Source of the DNA: Promethearchaeati archaeon SRVP18_Atabeyarchaeia-1
GTDB taxonomy: Archaea; Asgardarchaeota; Atabeyarchaeia; Atabeyarchaeales; Atabeyarchaeaceae
DNA length: 64,000 nt
Direction of reading: 5' to 3'
NCBI GenBank assembly: GCA_037308085.1
Contig: CP147779.1
Coordinates: 1,312,001-1,376,000, forward strand
A program made the translations under genes and the position numbers. Under the pieces are notes generated by a model, which did not search any database, had not been told where the DNA came from, and saw only the letters and a list, made by a program, of their open reading frames with translations. Each line of letters begins with the position of its first letter. Within the stretch, counting starts at the first letter, position 1. Below, piece by piece: positions 40,164 to 50,009 of the stretch.

Positions 40164-40421
40164 CTAGTCCCCCTTCTCCGATTCCTCCTCTTTTACTCTG
40201 CTTCCAATAACACCTAAGATCTTCAATGCGACATCCTTCATAATGCTGGCCTTCTGGATCGCTAACCCTTTCTTTATGTCCCCTGCCACAAGGAGCTTGT
40301 CGCCAGGCTTGATGTTGAAGTGCCTCCGTGCCTCGATTGGCAATACTATCTGGCCCCTTTCACCAACAGTGACGGTTCCGTAAAGGAACTTTCCTTTCGC
40401 AACTTCGGTCATGATCCCCAC
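40164..40421 (-). CDS. AbrB/MazE/SpoVT-family DNA-binding regulator
   Basis: GTVTVGERGQIVLP..AR..FNIKPGDKL. Confidence 0.9.
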   Translation of the reverse strand: MGIMTEVAKGKFLYGTVTVGERGQIVLPIEARRHFNIKPGDKLLVAGDIKKGLAIQKASIMKDVALKILGVIGSRVKEEESEKGD

Positions 40422-40427
40422 CAGATG

Positions 40428-40499
40428 AAATCATATAGGGCATGTAGGTCATACTAATCATGCTAATCATACTAATCATACAAATCATACCAATCATAA
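40428..40499. repeat. Eight imperfect 9-bp direct repeats (consensus TAATCATAC) over the AbrB promoter/5' UTR
   Basis: CAT cores at 40432, 40441, 40450, 40459, 40468, 40477, 40486 and 40495; TATA-like ATTTAAAT at 40511-40518. Confidence 0.9.
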
Positions 40500-40715
40500 C
40501 CCTTTGCATCATTTAAATGTTGTGGAAGCGGTGGGCACGGAGATAGAGGTGTTATTGGATGCAAGGTGCAGTGATTTTCCTCCGCGCTGCAGCAATAGCT
40601 CTTCGTTGAAACCCAAATACTGCGATTCGAGAGAGCACTTGCACAGAGTGTTAAATCCCTGTCTTGTGCATTGCATGATATGACACTTTTCTGGGCTACT
40701 GAGGGTGGGCTGTAA

Positions 40716-41234
40716 GTGATAAAGGCGATACTCTTCGACTTGGGGGACACGCTGATCACAGAAGAGAGCGTTGGCGACAAACACACTGCTGAAGCGGAGC
40801 CTCAGAAGGTCTCTCATGTAGAAGAAGTTCTCAGGCAACTTAGAGGGAAATACAAGCTTGGAGTTGTAACCAACACGACAACATCAAAGGAAGCAGACAT
40901 CAGGCTTGCACTCAGAAAGATCGGGCTAGAAGAGTACTTCGATACAGTTGTGACATCCGTTGATGTCGGCCGCGACAAGCCCGATCAGAAGATATTCACC
41001 GTGGCTCTGAAGAGACTTCACGTGAGGCCATCCGAAGCCGTAATGGTAGGCAATAGGATAAAGACAGATGTCCTCGGAGCAAACAAACTTGGTGTGATAT
41101 CAGTCTACTTCAAATGGAACGACCGGTACAAGGAAGAGGTCACTAGCTCTTTGGAATCCCCAAATTATACGATTGTTTCTCTTAGACAACTTCCAAGCAT
41201 CATCGGCGAAATTGAAAGAGAGAAACAAGAATAG
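40716..41234 (+). CDS. HAD-family hydrolase
   Basis: FDLGDTL, VTN, KPD and MVGNRIKTD motifs. Confidence 0.88.
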   Translation: MIKAILFDLGDTLITEESVGDKHTAEAEPQKVSHVEEVLRQLRGKYKLGVVTNTTTSKEADIRLALRKIGLEEYFDTVVTSVDVGRDKPDQKIFTVALKRLHVRPSEAVMVGNRIKTDVLGANKLGVISVYFKWNDRYKEEVTSSLESPNYTIVSLRQLPSIIGEIEREKQE

Positions 41235-41338
41235 GGTGAATCTTTTTTCGGCGGGAGAAATGGCAAATCCGTGTTCAAATCCGGATTACTTTGGCAACGC
41301 AGTTAGGGGGGCTTAGCTTGATAATATCGTACCGGACC

Positions 41339-42526
41339 CTAGACGCTAGTGAAAGCCTGCTCCAGATCAGCAATTATGTCTTCCGCGTCCTCGATCCCAA
41401 GTGACAGTCGGACCAACTGATCCTTTATTCCTGCCTTCTCCCGGTCTTGTGCACTTACAAAGTAGTGTGATGAGGTGACGGGCTGCGTAACAAGTGTCTC
41501 AGTTCCTCCAAGGGTGGGGGCGATAGTGCAAAGCTTTAGATTGTCAACGAATTTGACAGTGTTCTCCAAGTTTCCGTTGATCTCGAAACTCACGACTCCG
41601 CCAAATCCTTTCATCTGTTGTTCTGCAATCGCGTGTTGAGGATGGTTTGGCAGGCCTGGGTAGTAGACTTTCTTGACTCTGCTGTGCTTTTCCAGGTATT
41701 TTGCGACAGCCATGCCGTTGAAGTTGTGTCTCTCCATTCTCAAAGCCAGTGTCTTGAGTCCTCGTAACAGTAGCCATGCTGCATGCGGGTCAAGTGTTCC
41801 GCCCAGAGGCTTGCGCATCTCTCCAAGTTTGTGAATGAAATCATGATCGCCACAGACCACCCCTGCGGTAATGTCGTTGTGTCCTCCCAAGTACTTTGTC
41901 GCGCTGTGCAAAACTACGTCAACACCAAACTGCTTTGGCTTCAGATTGTAGGGTGTGGCGAAGGTGCTGTCAACTACAACCGTTAGCCCCCTCTTCTTGC
42001 CCATTTCTGCCGCACTGGCAACATCAAGTAGCTTCAAGGTTGGGTTTGTGGGGGTTTCGGCATAGACGACCTTAGTATTCTTCTGGATAGATGCCTTCAA
42101 CTCGTCAAGGTTTGCCGTATCAACAAAGCTAACTTCAATGCCAAGCTTGGGCAGTACGTTCTTGAAGAGCCCGATGGTTCCGCCGTAAAGGTCTCTGGTG
42201 GAAACGATATGGTCTCCTGAAGCCACCAAAGTCAGGATGGTTGTCGATATCGCCGCCATACCAGACGAGAATGCACAAGCATCTTCCGTGCCCTCGAGCT
42301 CCGCCATCTTTCTCTCAACAACTCTTACAGTAGGGTTGCTGAATCTCGTATAGACGTATCCCATTTTCTTTTCAGCCATGACATCTATAAGATCCCTAGT
42401 TTTGGAGTACGCGAAGACGGATGTCTCATAGACTGGCGTGGAGATCGCGCCAGTGGAAGGATCTGCCGCCTCTCCGGCATGAACTGCCTTAGTCGAGAAC
42501 CCCTTATCCTTGACCATCATTATCAT
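41339..42526 (-). CDS. Cys/Met metabolism PLP enzyme (cystathionine gamma-synthase / methionine gamma-lyase family)
   Basis: YTRFSNPT, FSSGMAA, ETPTNP, DSTFATP, HSATKYLGGH, RLSLGIE. Confidence 0.92.
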   Translation of the reverse strand: MIMMVKDKGFSTKAVHAGEAADPSTGAISTPVYETSVFAYSKTRDLIDVMAEKKMGYVYTRFSNPTVRVVERKMAELEGTEDACAFSSGMAAISTTILTLVASGDHIVSTRDLYGGTIGLFKNVLPKLGIEVSFVDTANLDELKASIQKNTKVVYAETPTNPTLKLLDVASAAEMGKKRGLTVVVDSTFATPYNLKPKQFGVDVVLHSATKYLGGHNDITAGVVCGDHDFIHKLGEMRKPLGGTLDPHAAWLLLRGLKTLALRMERHNFNGMAVAKYLEKHSRVKKVYYPGLPNHPQHAIAEQQMKGFGGVVSFEINGNLENTVKFVDNLKLCTIAPTLGGTETLVTQPVTSSHYFVSAQDREKAGIKDQLVRLSLGIEDAEDIIADLEQAFTSV

Positions 42527-42725
42527 CTCTCAGGGAGAGTATTTCAGGACTTGTTTTCCCTACTCGCCCCAGTCCACACATTCTGATATTAAACCTTAAA
42601 TCTATTTAGCCAATGACGAAGCTGGAGGGTTCCTTATGAAAATCGATGGCAGGCAAGGTGCGTCTCATGTGAATGGGAAAACTAGAAATAGTCGCATACT
42701 TCTGTAGAAACTGGAGCTGGTAAGA

Positions 42726-43694
42726 ATGGGCAAGAGCAGTAAGCGACTTCTCGTGACCGGGTTGGATGTCATGGTTGACTGGCTTGGTCAATACGTAAAG
42801 AGCGCGGAAATAGTCTGCACGTCGGATGTCTCAGAAGAGAACCTAATCAGAATGACAAAAGACGTGGACGGCATCCTGTACATGCAGATCCGGAGTTACC
42901 CTATTACGAGAGCGATAATCGAAGCCGGATCTCGTCTCAAATTCATTCAATCCGCGGGCGTCGGATATGAACTCGTCGATCTCGACGCAGCTACCGAGAA
43001 CCTCGTCGTCGTAATGAATGCGCCCACGGCCAACACTGTATCAGTTGCGGAGCATACCGTCGCTTTGATCCTCGCGTCAGCTAAAAATATCCTGAAGGGC
43101 CACAAGTCGACGGTTGACGGCAACTGGCGCACGATGGACATGGGGGTGGAACTCTGGAAGAAGAACCTCGGAATAATAGGCTTCGGGAGAATAGGAAAGG
43201 AAGTCGCGAAAAGGATGAAAGGGTTCGAAATGGAACTTCTTGTTTGCGACCCTTATTTGAAGAAGGAGGAAATAGCAAAGGCGGGTGGCAGAAAGGTCGA
43301 TCTGCAGACCCTACTTAAGGAATCTGATGTGGTGGCAATACATAGTCCACTAACAAATGAGACCCGGCACATGATAGGCGAGAAGCAACTTTCTCTAATG
43401 AAGGATTCGGCGATCCTGGTGAACGCCGCGAGAGGCGAAATCATCGATGAGGAAGCGCTCTTTAAGGTTTTAAGCGAAGGAAGGATAAGGGGCGCCGCAC
43501 TCGATGTCTTCGAGAAAGAGCCAGTCGAAAAGGGCAATCCTCTTCTCCCATTGGATAATGTGGTTCTAACTCCCCACACTGCGGCTCAGACCCCGGAAGC
43601 ACTAACCAGAATGATGAAACTAAATGGCGAACAAGTCGAAAAGGCATTGAACGGAATCTATGAAAACGTCGTCAACCCAAAAGTGCTCCAATAG
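42726..43694 (+). CDS. D-2-hydroxyacid dehydrogenase (SerA / glyoxylate reductase-like)
   Basis: GVGYE, SVAEH, GFGRIG, NAARG, LDVFEKEP, LTPH. Confidence 0.9.
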   Translation: MGKSSKRLLVTGLDVMVDWLGQYVKSAEIVCTSDVSEENLIRMTKDVDGILYMQIRSYPITRAIIEAGSRLKFIQSAGVGYELVDLDAATENLVVVMNAPTANTVSVAEHTVALILASAKNILKGHKSTVDGNWRTMDMGVELWKKNLGIIGFGRIGKEVAKRMKGFEMELLVCDPYLKKEEIAKAGGRKVDLQTLLKESDVVAIHSPLTNETRHMIGEKQLSLMKDSAILVNAARGEIIDEEALFKVLSEGRIRGAALDVFEKEPVEKGNPLLPLDNVVLTPHTAAQTPEALTRMMKLNGEQVEKALNGIYENVVNPKVLQ

Positions 43695-43852
43695 AGCCGA
43701 AAGCCGAATAAGGACTCGAACTGTTCAGATGGGTTGTATAGATATGCGCAATTGCCTCAGCAGGTCATTATTCCTGCGTTGACAATGAGATCCTTGAAGT
43801 GGACCACAAAGTCTATGAACTTGGACAACTCTGATACAACTGCTGAAGGACT

Positions 43853-44767
43853 ATGGACAAGACCGATATCTTCTTGGCACTATTTCTCATGGCAAACTCA
43901 AGAACTCCGTACAGCGATCTCGCTGAGAAACTGGGTCTATCGGTCAACGCGGTTCATAAGAGGATTCAAACGCTCCGGGAGTCCGGCATAATTAAGAGAT
44001 TCACAGCCACAATTAGCTTGTCGGCGTTAAAGGCCGTCAACATAATTGTTTTTGGCGGATCGGAGACACAGGTTGCGGACGAGGATATCAAGAAACTACA
44101 GGAAAACGATCGCATCTATTGGGTTGCTGTGGCTGGCGGCAACTACCTGTACGTAGGGGGATACCTTCGAAGTATTTCTGAGCTTGATCAATTTGTTGCC
44201 TTCGTCAAAACTGAAGCCAAGATAGCCGAACCTACGGTCGGCATAGTTGGGCAACGCGAGGCAAAAGTAACGAATCCAGAAGCCGCTATACAGAAGCTGG
44301 ACTATCGGATCATCTACGCCCTTCGGAACGACTCAAGAAGGGCAATTCCTGAAATCAGCGAGGAGCTTGGCGTGTCGGCCAAGACCATCCGCCGGAGACT
44401 TGCGCGGTTGATCAGCGAAGATCTCGTTGAATTGGGTTTGGAGTGGTATCCAGACAAGTCGAATGACATAATGACGACGATACACATAGAGCTGAAACCC
44501 TCAGCCAGCAAGGGCAATGCAATCTCACTCTTGACCAAGAAATACTCTCCTAATGTCCTCTTCTGCTTCGGGTTCAGTAACCTCCCCAACCTCCTCATCC
44601 CCTTCGTTTGGACAAACTCAATGAAGGAACTACAAGAGATTTCCAAAAGCATCCAAGGAGAAGAAGGTTTTGAGAGAATCGTTCCTCACGTTCTTTACAC
44701 AGGGTACATCTTCGACACATGGCGAGACAAGCTTGCTATCGAGAAAGGCGCATCCACAACTCAATGA
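43853..44767 (+). CDS. Double-HTH Lrp/AsnC-family regulator
   Basis: Two HTH repeats: NSRTPYSDLAEKLGLSVNAV and DSRRAIPEISEELGVSAKT. Confidence 0.85.
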   Translation: MDKTDIFLALFLMANSRTPYSDLAEKLGLSVNAVHKRIQTLRESGIIKRFTATISLSALKAVNIIVFGGSETQVADEDIKKLQENDRIYWVAVAGGNYLYVGGYLRSISELDQFVAFVKTEAKIAEPTVGIVGQREAKVTNPEAAIQKLDYRIIYALRNDSRRAIPEISEELGVSAKTIRRRLARLISEDLVELGLEWYPDKSNDIMTTIHIELKPSASKGNAISLLTKKYSPNVLFCFGFSNLPNLLIPFVWTNSMKELQEISKSIQGEEGFERIVPHVLYTGYIFDTWRDKLAIEKGASTTQ

Positions 44768-44950
44768 ATCCAGCGAGACTTGAGAAGCACTCTGTGATCT
44801 ACCAAAATGCTCAATTTGTGAGCCAAGTGTGTTAAATAGTGGACCTTTCGATTCAGGGTTCCTACTCCTTCTTACCTCTGCTTGTTGACAAAAGCATAAC
44901 TGCATGCTCGTCCAACTACTAACCAATGACAATGTAAGGAGGAAAATGAA

Positions 44951-45754
44951 GTGGTAGAAACAATACTCTCCGAGGACTCAGGCGAACATGAAACAAGGAA
45001 GCGACCATCAAGTGAAATGGCGATAGTCCTCAAGAACCTCACTAAGAAATATGAAGACGTCACTGCCTTGGACAGACTTAGCTTGCAGGTTGAAAACGGG
45101 GAACTCTTTGGATTGCTCGGACCAAATGGGGCAGGCAAAACAACTACAATTAACATTCTATGCGGTCTACTGAAGCCAACGAGCGGCTCAGCAAGCGTGG
45201 GCGGCTATGATGTTCAAAAAGGGCAGAACAAGATCAAGGAACTGATAGGTGTAGCACCACAACAAACAGCAGTATACCCCTCTCTTACCGGAAGAGAGAA
45301 CGTGGAGCTATTTGCAGACCTTCATCTGATGCCAAAGGACGGACTGAAGAAGCGGGTAGATGAGCTCCTTGAAAAAGTAGGCATGACGAATGATGCAAGG
45401 AGACGCGTTGGGAAGTACAGCGGAGGAATGACGCGCCGGATAAGCCTCGCAATGGCCTTGATCCACGATCCAGAAATAGCCTTTCTCGATGAGCCCACGG
45501 TCGGCATGGATCCTCAATCCCGACACGCAGTCTGGGACTTCATAAGGGAGCTCAAGAGGAAAAACAGGACAGTGATCCTGACGACGCAGTACATGGAAGA
45601 AGCTGAGGCACTTTGCGACAGAGTTGCCATAATAGACCATGGCAGGCTGATCGCACTCGGAACAGCCAAGGAACTTGAAGACAAGTATAGGGCGAAAGAC
45701 TTGGAAGAGGTGTTCCTTCAACTAACTGGCAGAAGAATGAGGGAGGGATTATGA
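44951..45754 (+). CDS. ABC exporter ATP-binding subunit
   Basis: GPNGAGKT, YSGG, FLDEPT. Confidence 0.93.
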   Translation: MVETILSEDSGEHETRKRPSSEMAIVLKNLTKKYEDVTALDRLSLQVENGELFGLLGPNGAGKTTTINILCGLLKPTSGSASVGGYDVQKGQNKIKELIGVAPQQTAVYPSLTGRENVELFADLHLMPKDGLKKRVDELLEKVGMTNDARRRVGKYSGGMTRRISLAMALIHDPEIAFLDEPTVGMDPQSRHAVWDFIRELKRKNRTVILTTQYMEEAEALCDRVAIIDHGRLIALGTAKELEDKYRAKDLEEVFLQLTGRRMREGL

Positions 45755-45755
45755 T

Positions 45756-46904
45756 TTGAAGCTTCGACGAATCAGCTCACTAGCAAGGAAGGATCTGAAG
45801 ACAACGCGGCGAGAACCGGCAGCACTTTTCATGGTCTTCTTATTCCCCGTCGTTCTTACGCTGGCATTCGGATCAGCTTTTGGGGCAATTGGAGGGGCTC
45901 AGTCGACCACTTATCAGATTGGCGTCAACAACCTTAACGCTGGAGCGCCACACGCTGAATGGGCCAATTATCTCATGGGAAACCTTACGGCAACTGGCAT
46001 ATTGAACATACAGCCCTATACATCCAATCGGACGGCGCAAGATGACCTGATTCAAGGAAAGATCTCAGCATATCTCATTATTCCCGCCAACTTCGGAGAA
46101 AGCTGCAGTTCCTTCTGGAGTGCACCAGGGAACTCAAGTGCATGGACCAACACGACAGTCCCCTTGTACTTGGATAGCGGTTCGATGTTCGCGACTCAGG
46201 CAATTCCGCCCATAGTGCAGCAAGCCCTAGTCAAGACCATCTACGGGAACCAGCCCAGTGCTCCGTCGGGACCAGTCAACATAGGCGTTCCATCTCTCGT
46301 GAGCGCCGTCAAGTTTACCGAATTCGACTACATGGCGCCCGGCCTGTTTGCTTTTGCCGCGATCTTTCTAATAATGATAGTTGCGCAGTCGCTCGTGGTC
46401 GAGCGCGAGACAAAGCTGTTGAGCCGGATCAATACAACACCAACCACTGCCGGGGACGTGGTGGTGGGCAAGGCTATTTCGAGCATGGTCTCGGGACTAA
46501 TTCAGGTCGCCCTAGTTTTTGCGATGGCTTTCGTTATCGGGTACCACCCACTGGGAGACGCGACTAGCTTGGGATTTGCCTTTATTATCATGGCAGTCTT
46601 CCTGCTGTGCTGCGTCGGATTCGGCATGATTGCGGCCGCAATATCAAAGTCCTCTGGAGCTGCGACGGGTGTAGCATTCATATTCATCCTGCCATTGATG
46701 TTCCTCGGCACATACGTGCCGGTAGGCGGTGCAGCTCGAGCAGTTGTCCCCAGCAGCTACGTGACCGATGCCCTGACTTCGCTATTCCTAAGAGGAGCCC
46801 CCGTATCCAGTCCAACAATACTACTCGACTTGGCAGTCGTCTCCATCTACAGCGTGGCATTATTACTAATCGGCATACTACTGTTCAAGAGAACCAGCAA
46901 ATGA
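45756..46904 (+). CDS. ABC-2 type permease
   Basis: N-terminal TM, extracellular domain, DYMAPG, ERE.K.L.R, and five C-terminal TMs. Confidence 0.9.
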   Translation: MKLRRISSLARKDLKTTRREPAALFMVFLFPVVLTLAFGSAFGAIGGAQSTTYQIGVNNLNAGAPHAEWANYLMGNLTATGILNIQPYTSNRTAQDDLIQGKISAYLIIPANFGESCSSFWSAPGNSSAWTNTTVPLYLDSGSMFATQAIPPIVQQALVKTIYGNQPSAPSGPVNIGVPSLVSAVKFTEFDYMAPGLFAFAAIFLIMIVAQSLVVERETKLLSRINTTPTTAGDVVVGKAISSMVSGLIQVALVFAMAFVIGYHPLGDATSLGFAFIIMAVFLLCCVGFGMIAAAISKSSGAATGVAFIFILPLMFLGTYVPVGGAARAVVPSSYVTDALTSLFLRGAPVSSPTILLDLAVVSIYSVALLLIGILLFKRTSK

Positions 46905-46917
46905 CAGCGAGGAATGG

Positions 46918-47289
46918 GTGTTGGGAAATACCAAGCTAATCGATCCCACAGCGCTGCTAGAAGAAGCGAAGGAGTCGGAACACAGAGAATCCTACATGCT
47001 CTTAGATAGAAACAAGAACTACCGTATTGGAGTTGGCGCTGAAGTTGCGCCCTCCAATCAGCCTTCTTTTTTCCTTGAGGTCCTCGTCTACCTTTGCCCT
47101 GAATCTGATAAGGTTGATCTACAGCTCTTAGAAAAGGCCTTGATGTTGCTGAAGGAACTCAAAAAAAGAGGATTCATGATGTGTTGCCAGGACTGCAATT
47201 GCGTATGTTGCCAAAGAATTGTGACTCCGGATGAACTAGTTGCCGAGTACGAGGGCATTGAGTCGATGATGAAAAAAGTGTACAAGTAA
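46918..47289 (+). CDS. Hypothetical protein with C-terminal Cys cluster
   Basis: 123-aa ORF directly downstream of the permease; contains CCQDCNCVCC. Confidence 0.65.
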   Translation: MLGNTKLIDPTALLEEAKESEHRESYMLLDRNKNYRIGVGAEVAPSNQPSFFLEVLVYLCPESDKVDLQLLEKALMLLKELKKRGFMMCCQDCNCVCCQRIVTPDELVAEYEGIESMMKKVYK

Positions 47290-47530
47290 GGTAATACGCG
47301 CTCTTCGGCTGATCGTCCTGCAACTGGGCTTGCTAGCGAAGAGCATTAATCAACGGCTCTCGAATGTGACCCGCAGTCGCCTAACTACTGCTCTTGGTAG
47401 ACAGTGCTGTAGAGTCCCATAGATTGGCGAGGAACTGGAAGCCTTAAGATACCCTATCTAACAGAGAGGATCTATGTCAACCGAAGTCGATATATTATCA
47501 AAAGTAGATAAGTGAGCATACGGACGTAAG

Positions 47531-48019
47531 GTGGAGGAGAAACAGGAATTGACCGGAGTGCTAGTAGTTTACGAAACAAAATACGGCAATACGAAGATCG
47601 TTGCGGAAGGAATTGTGGCGGGATTGAAGACTGGGAAAGGGCTAGAGGTGGATCTCAGGGAGCTAAAGGAAATCGACGTGAAAAGAATACCATCCTACGA
47701 CGCGATCTTAGTGGGTTCCCCGAACCACGTAGGAGGTCCCACGAGAGGAATCAAGAAGTTCATTGACCAACTTGGCAAACTTAACTTGAGCAGGAAGCAT
47801 GTGGCCGTTTTTGACACGTGTTCGGGGAATAGTAGTCGACCCAGCCAGATGCAGGCAGTCAAGAAAATGGAGAATAGCCTTACGCAGAAAGTCTCAGGAT
47901 TGAAATTAATCTCCCCAGGTTTGTCAATAAGAGTCAGCGGAATGAAAGGACCCATTATTAATGAGGATTTGGCTAAGTGCCAGGAATTCGGAAAAAGAAT
48001 AGCTGCAGAGCTCTCTTAG
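47531..48019 (+). CDS. Flavodoxin-domain protein
   Basis: YETKYGNT, VGSPNH, AVFDT. Confidence 0.88.
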   Translation: MEEKQELTGVLVVYETKYGNTKIVAEGIVAGLKTGKGLEVDLRELKEIDVKRIPSYDAILVGSPNHVGGPTRGIKKFIDQLGKLNLSRKHVAVFDTCSGNSSRPSQMQAVKKMENSLTQKVSGLKLISPGLSIRVSGMKGPIINEDLAKCQEFGKRIAAELS

Positions 48020-48750
48020 CCTGCTGCTTTCTTTATGACGCCGACGTAGGATGGTCCTTCGTCCAGACCGATGGTCTGCACTAGTTCTAGCCCGGCCTTT
48101 TCTGAAAGCATTTTCATCTCTTCTGGCGAAGCCAGAAGCAGGTTGAACCAGTCTCCAACTTCGCCGCCGTATTCCAGTCTTATAGTCACAAGTCCCACTG
48201 GCAACCCTCTTCTCCTGTTCGATTCGTGATACTTCAAGTGGTTCTCGTTGCTCGTGAGGGTAGGATGCAAAGACGACGCTAGAATACGTCCGTCAGGTCT
48301 CAGCACGCGATTTAATTCCGTAAGAAGTGTGGCAGTCTCCTTGTATCCTCCGCAGATGCCGAAGTTGTTAAACATGAGGATTATCGTGCCGAAGCAATTC
48401 ACTCTTAAAGGAAGCCACGGGGCAGCCGCAAGAATAGGCGCTTCAACTCCTCGTTTGCTTGCCACACGTATTGTGAGTGGGGATATGTCGACAGAAACCA
48501 CGACGTATCCTTTCGACTGAAGGTACAAGGAATGCCTACCTGCGCCGCATCCGACATCGAGTACTGGTTGTTGTACGAGATCCATCGCCAGCTTGTCAAC
48601 TTCAGGGAACTCCTCGAAGCCGGAGAGGTAGAACTTCGCATCTCTCTCATGATCTAGGTATCCGTCATCCCTGCGTACATCAATGGTGACATTCTTCCCC
48701 ATCCATGCATCTTTGATGGCTTTCCCAAAAACATCTTTTCTTCCCATCAA
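48016..48750 (-). CDS. Class I SAM-dependent methyltransferase
   Basis: VLDVGCGAGRHSLYLQ, VDISP, NNFGICG. Confidence 0.88.
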   Translation of the reverse strand: MMGRKDVFGKAIKDAWMGKNVTIDVRRDDGYLDHERDAKFYLSGFEEFPEVDKLAMDLVQQPVLDVGCGAGRHSLYLQSKGYVVVSVDISPLTIRVASKRGVEAPILAAAPWLPLRVNCFGTIILMFNNFGICGGYKETATLLTELNRVLRPDGRILASSLHPTLTSNENHLKYHESNRRRGLPVGLVTIRLEYGGEVGDWFNLLLASPEEMKMLSEKAGLELVQTIGLDEGPSYVGVIKKAAG

Positions 48751-48877
48751 GGTCTCCAGAACGTCACTGATACAAATTCAACGTTAAAAGCTTCGCCCCA
48801 ACATGAGGTCGCCGGCGCAGACAGAGCATGCTAAGAAGCGTGGAGAACTGGCTTACTCTGAGAAGCGGGATCAACTG

Positions 48878-49846
48878 CTACAGGAAGATTTTGTAGAGGA
48901 GTAGAACCAGAGACATTATCACTAACGATTGGGTAACCACGGTAATCCACTTTGGATTATGTGCAGCTAAATCGGTGATCTCGTCAGCAGTCGAGTCTTT
49001 CTGAGTTGCAGCATACTTCTTTGAAAGAGAATAGAGCCTCTTGTATTGCCTTAGCACGTACGCGTCGGCAACCACTATGGAGATCAGGAAGAAGTTCAGG
49101 ATCGGATAGGATCCATAGAACAGGACCAAGAAGAATGCCATTCCACAGAGTATCCCACCTACGCTCATCATCACAATACTCAGAAGAGAAGCCTTCACGA
49201 GACCCAGCCTTACCGTCATAGTCTTAACTCCCATTGGCTTGTCGCTGAAATAGTCTCGGATCTCTGTCGGTATGATCACGCTGTACACGGTCAAAGCTTG
49301 ACCAGCCAGGAAAATGATGAAGATGAGATTCAGCATGGGCGCGAACGTGTAGAATACGAATAGCATTGGAATGACGGAGAGGACGAGTATGATGGCGATC
49401 ATCTCCACCCAAGACCGCTTCTTCAGCCTTATCGGCGCGGTAGAATAGGCAAACGCCAAGAAGGTGCCAGCCACCCAGAGAAGAATAAGAGTGAACTTCC
49501 CCTCGATCTGGTACATGAGATATAAAGGGACCAAACTAAGCAGGAACTCGACAACTATGAATGCCTTGACTTTCCGCCTTCCCAGTTTGTCCATGGCGTC
49601 AATAATGTGCTTCTTCCGCTTATCTCTCAAATCGAGATCATAGTCTCCCAGCGTGTTCAGCTGGGCTCCAAAGGCAGAGATGAGAGATATCGTGAGAAAG
49701 CACAGGACTACAAGAATCGCTAGGTCCCAAGTGAAACTTATGTGTGGATTGACAGCCCAGGAGAACCCAAGGAAAAGTGAACCCAAGTTGGCCGGGAGGA
49801 ACTCGGGTCTGGAAACCGTGAATATCGAACCCTTCTTCTCGGACAT
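48878..49846 (-). CDS. UbiA-family prenyltransferase
   Basis: SRP, NTLGDYDLD, YSTAPIRLK, EIRDYFSD..MGVKT; multi-TM. Confidence 0.88.
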   Translation of the reverse strand: MSEKKGSIFTVSRPEFLPANLGSLFLGFSWAVNPHISFTWDLAILVVLCFLTISLISAFGAQLNTLGDYDLDLRDKRKKHIIDAMDKLGRRKVKAFIVVEFLLSLVPLYLMYQIEGKFTLILLWVAGTFLAFAYSTAPIRLKKRSWVEMIAIILVLSVIPMLFVFYTFAPMLNLIFIIFLAGQALTVYSVIIPTEIRDYFSDKPMGVKTMTVRLGLVKASLLSIVMMSVGGILCGMAFFLVLFYGSYPILNFFLISIVVADAYVLRQYKRLYSLSKKYAATQKDSTADEITDLAAHNPKWITVVTQSLVIMSLVLLLYKIFL

Positions 49847-50009
49847 CGTTGGCTCCTCTCACAGCGGACTACTTCAGCTGGGATTAAAAATGTTTCTGAC
49901 ACGGCCTTCCTGAATTCGTCTTGAATCGTGGAGCAAATATCAATGGCACCTGAAAAAGTCCTGAGGAAGGTTAATCATCTAGTGAGCTCATTGATGGATC
50001 GGTGATTGG

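Noticed and set aside
40428-40499. Repeat array as a CRISPR locus
   Set aside because: 9-bp units with no spacers and no cas genes.
41250-41300. GTTCAAATCC resembling a tRNA T-loop
   Set aside because: No cloverleaf or acceptor stem can be formed around it.
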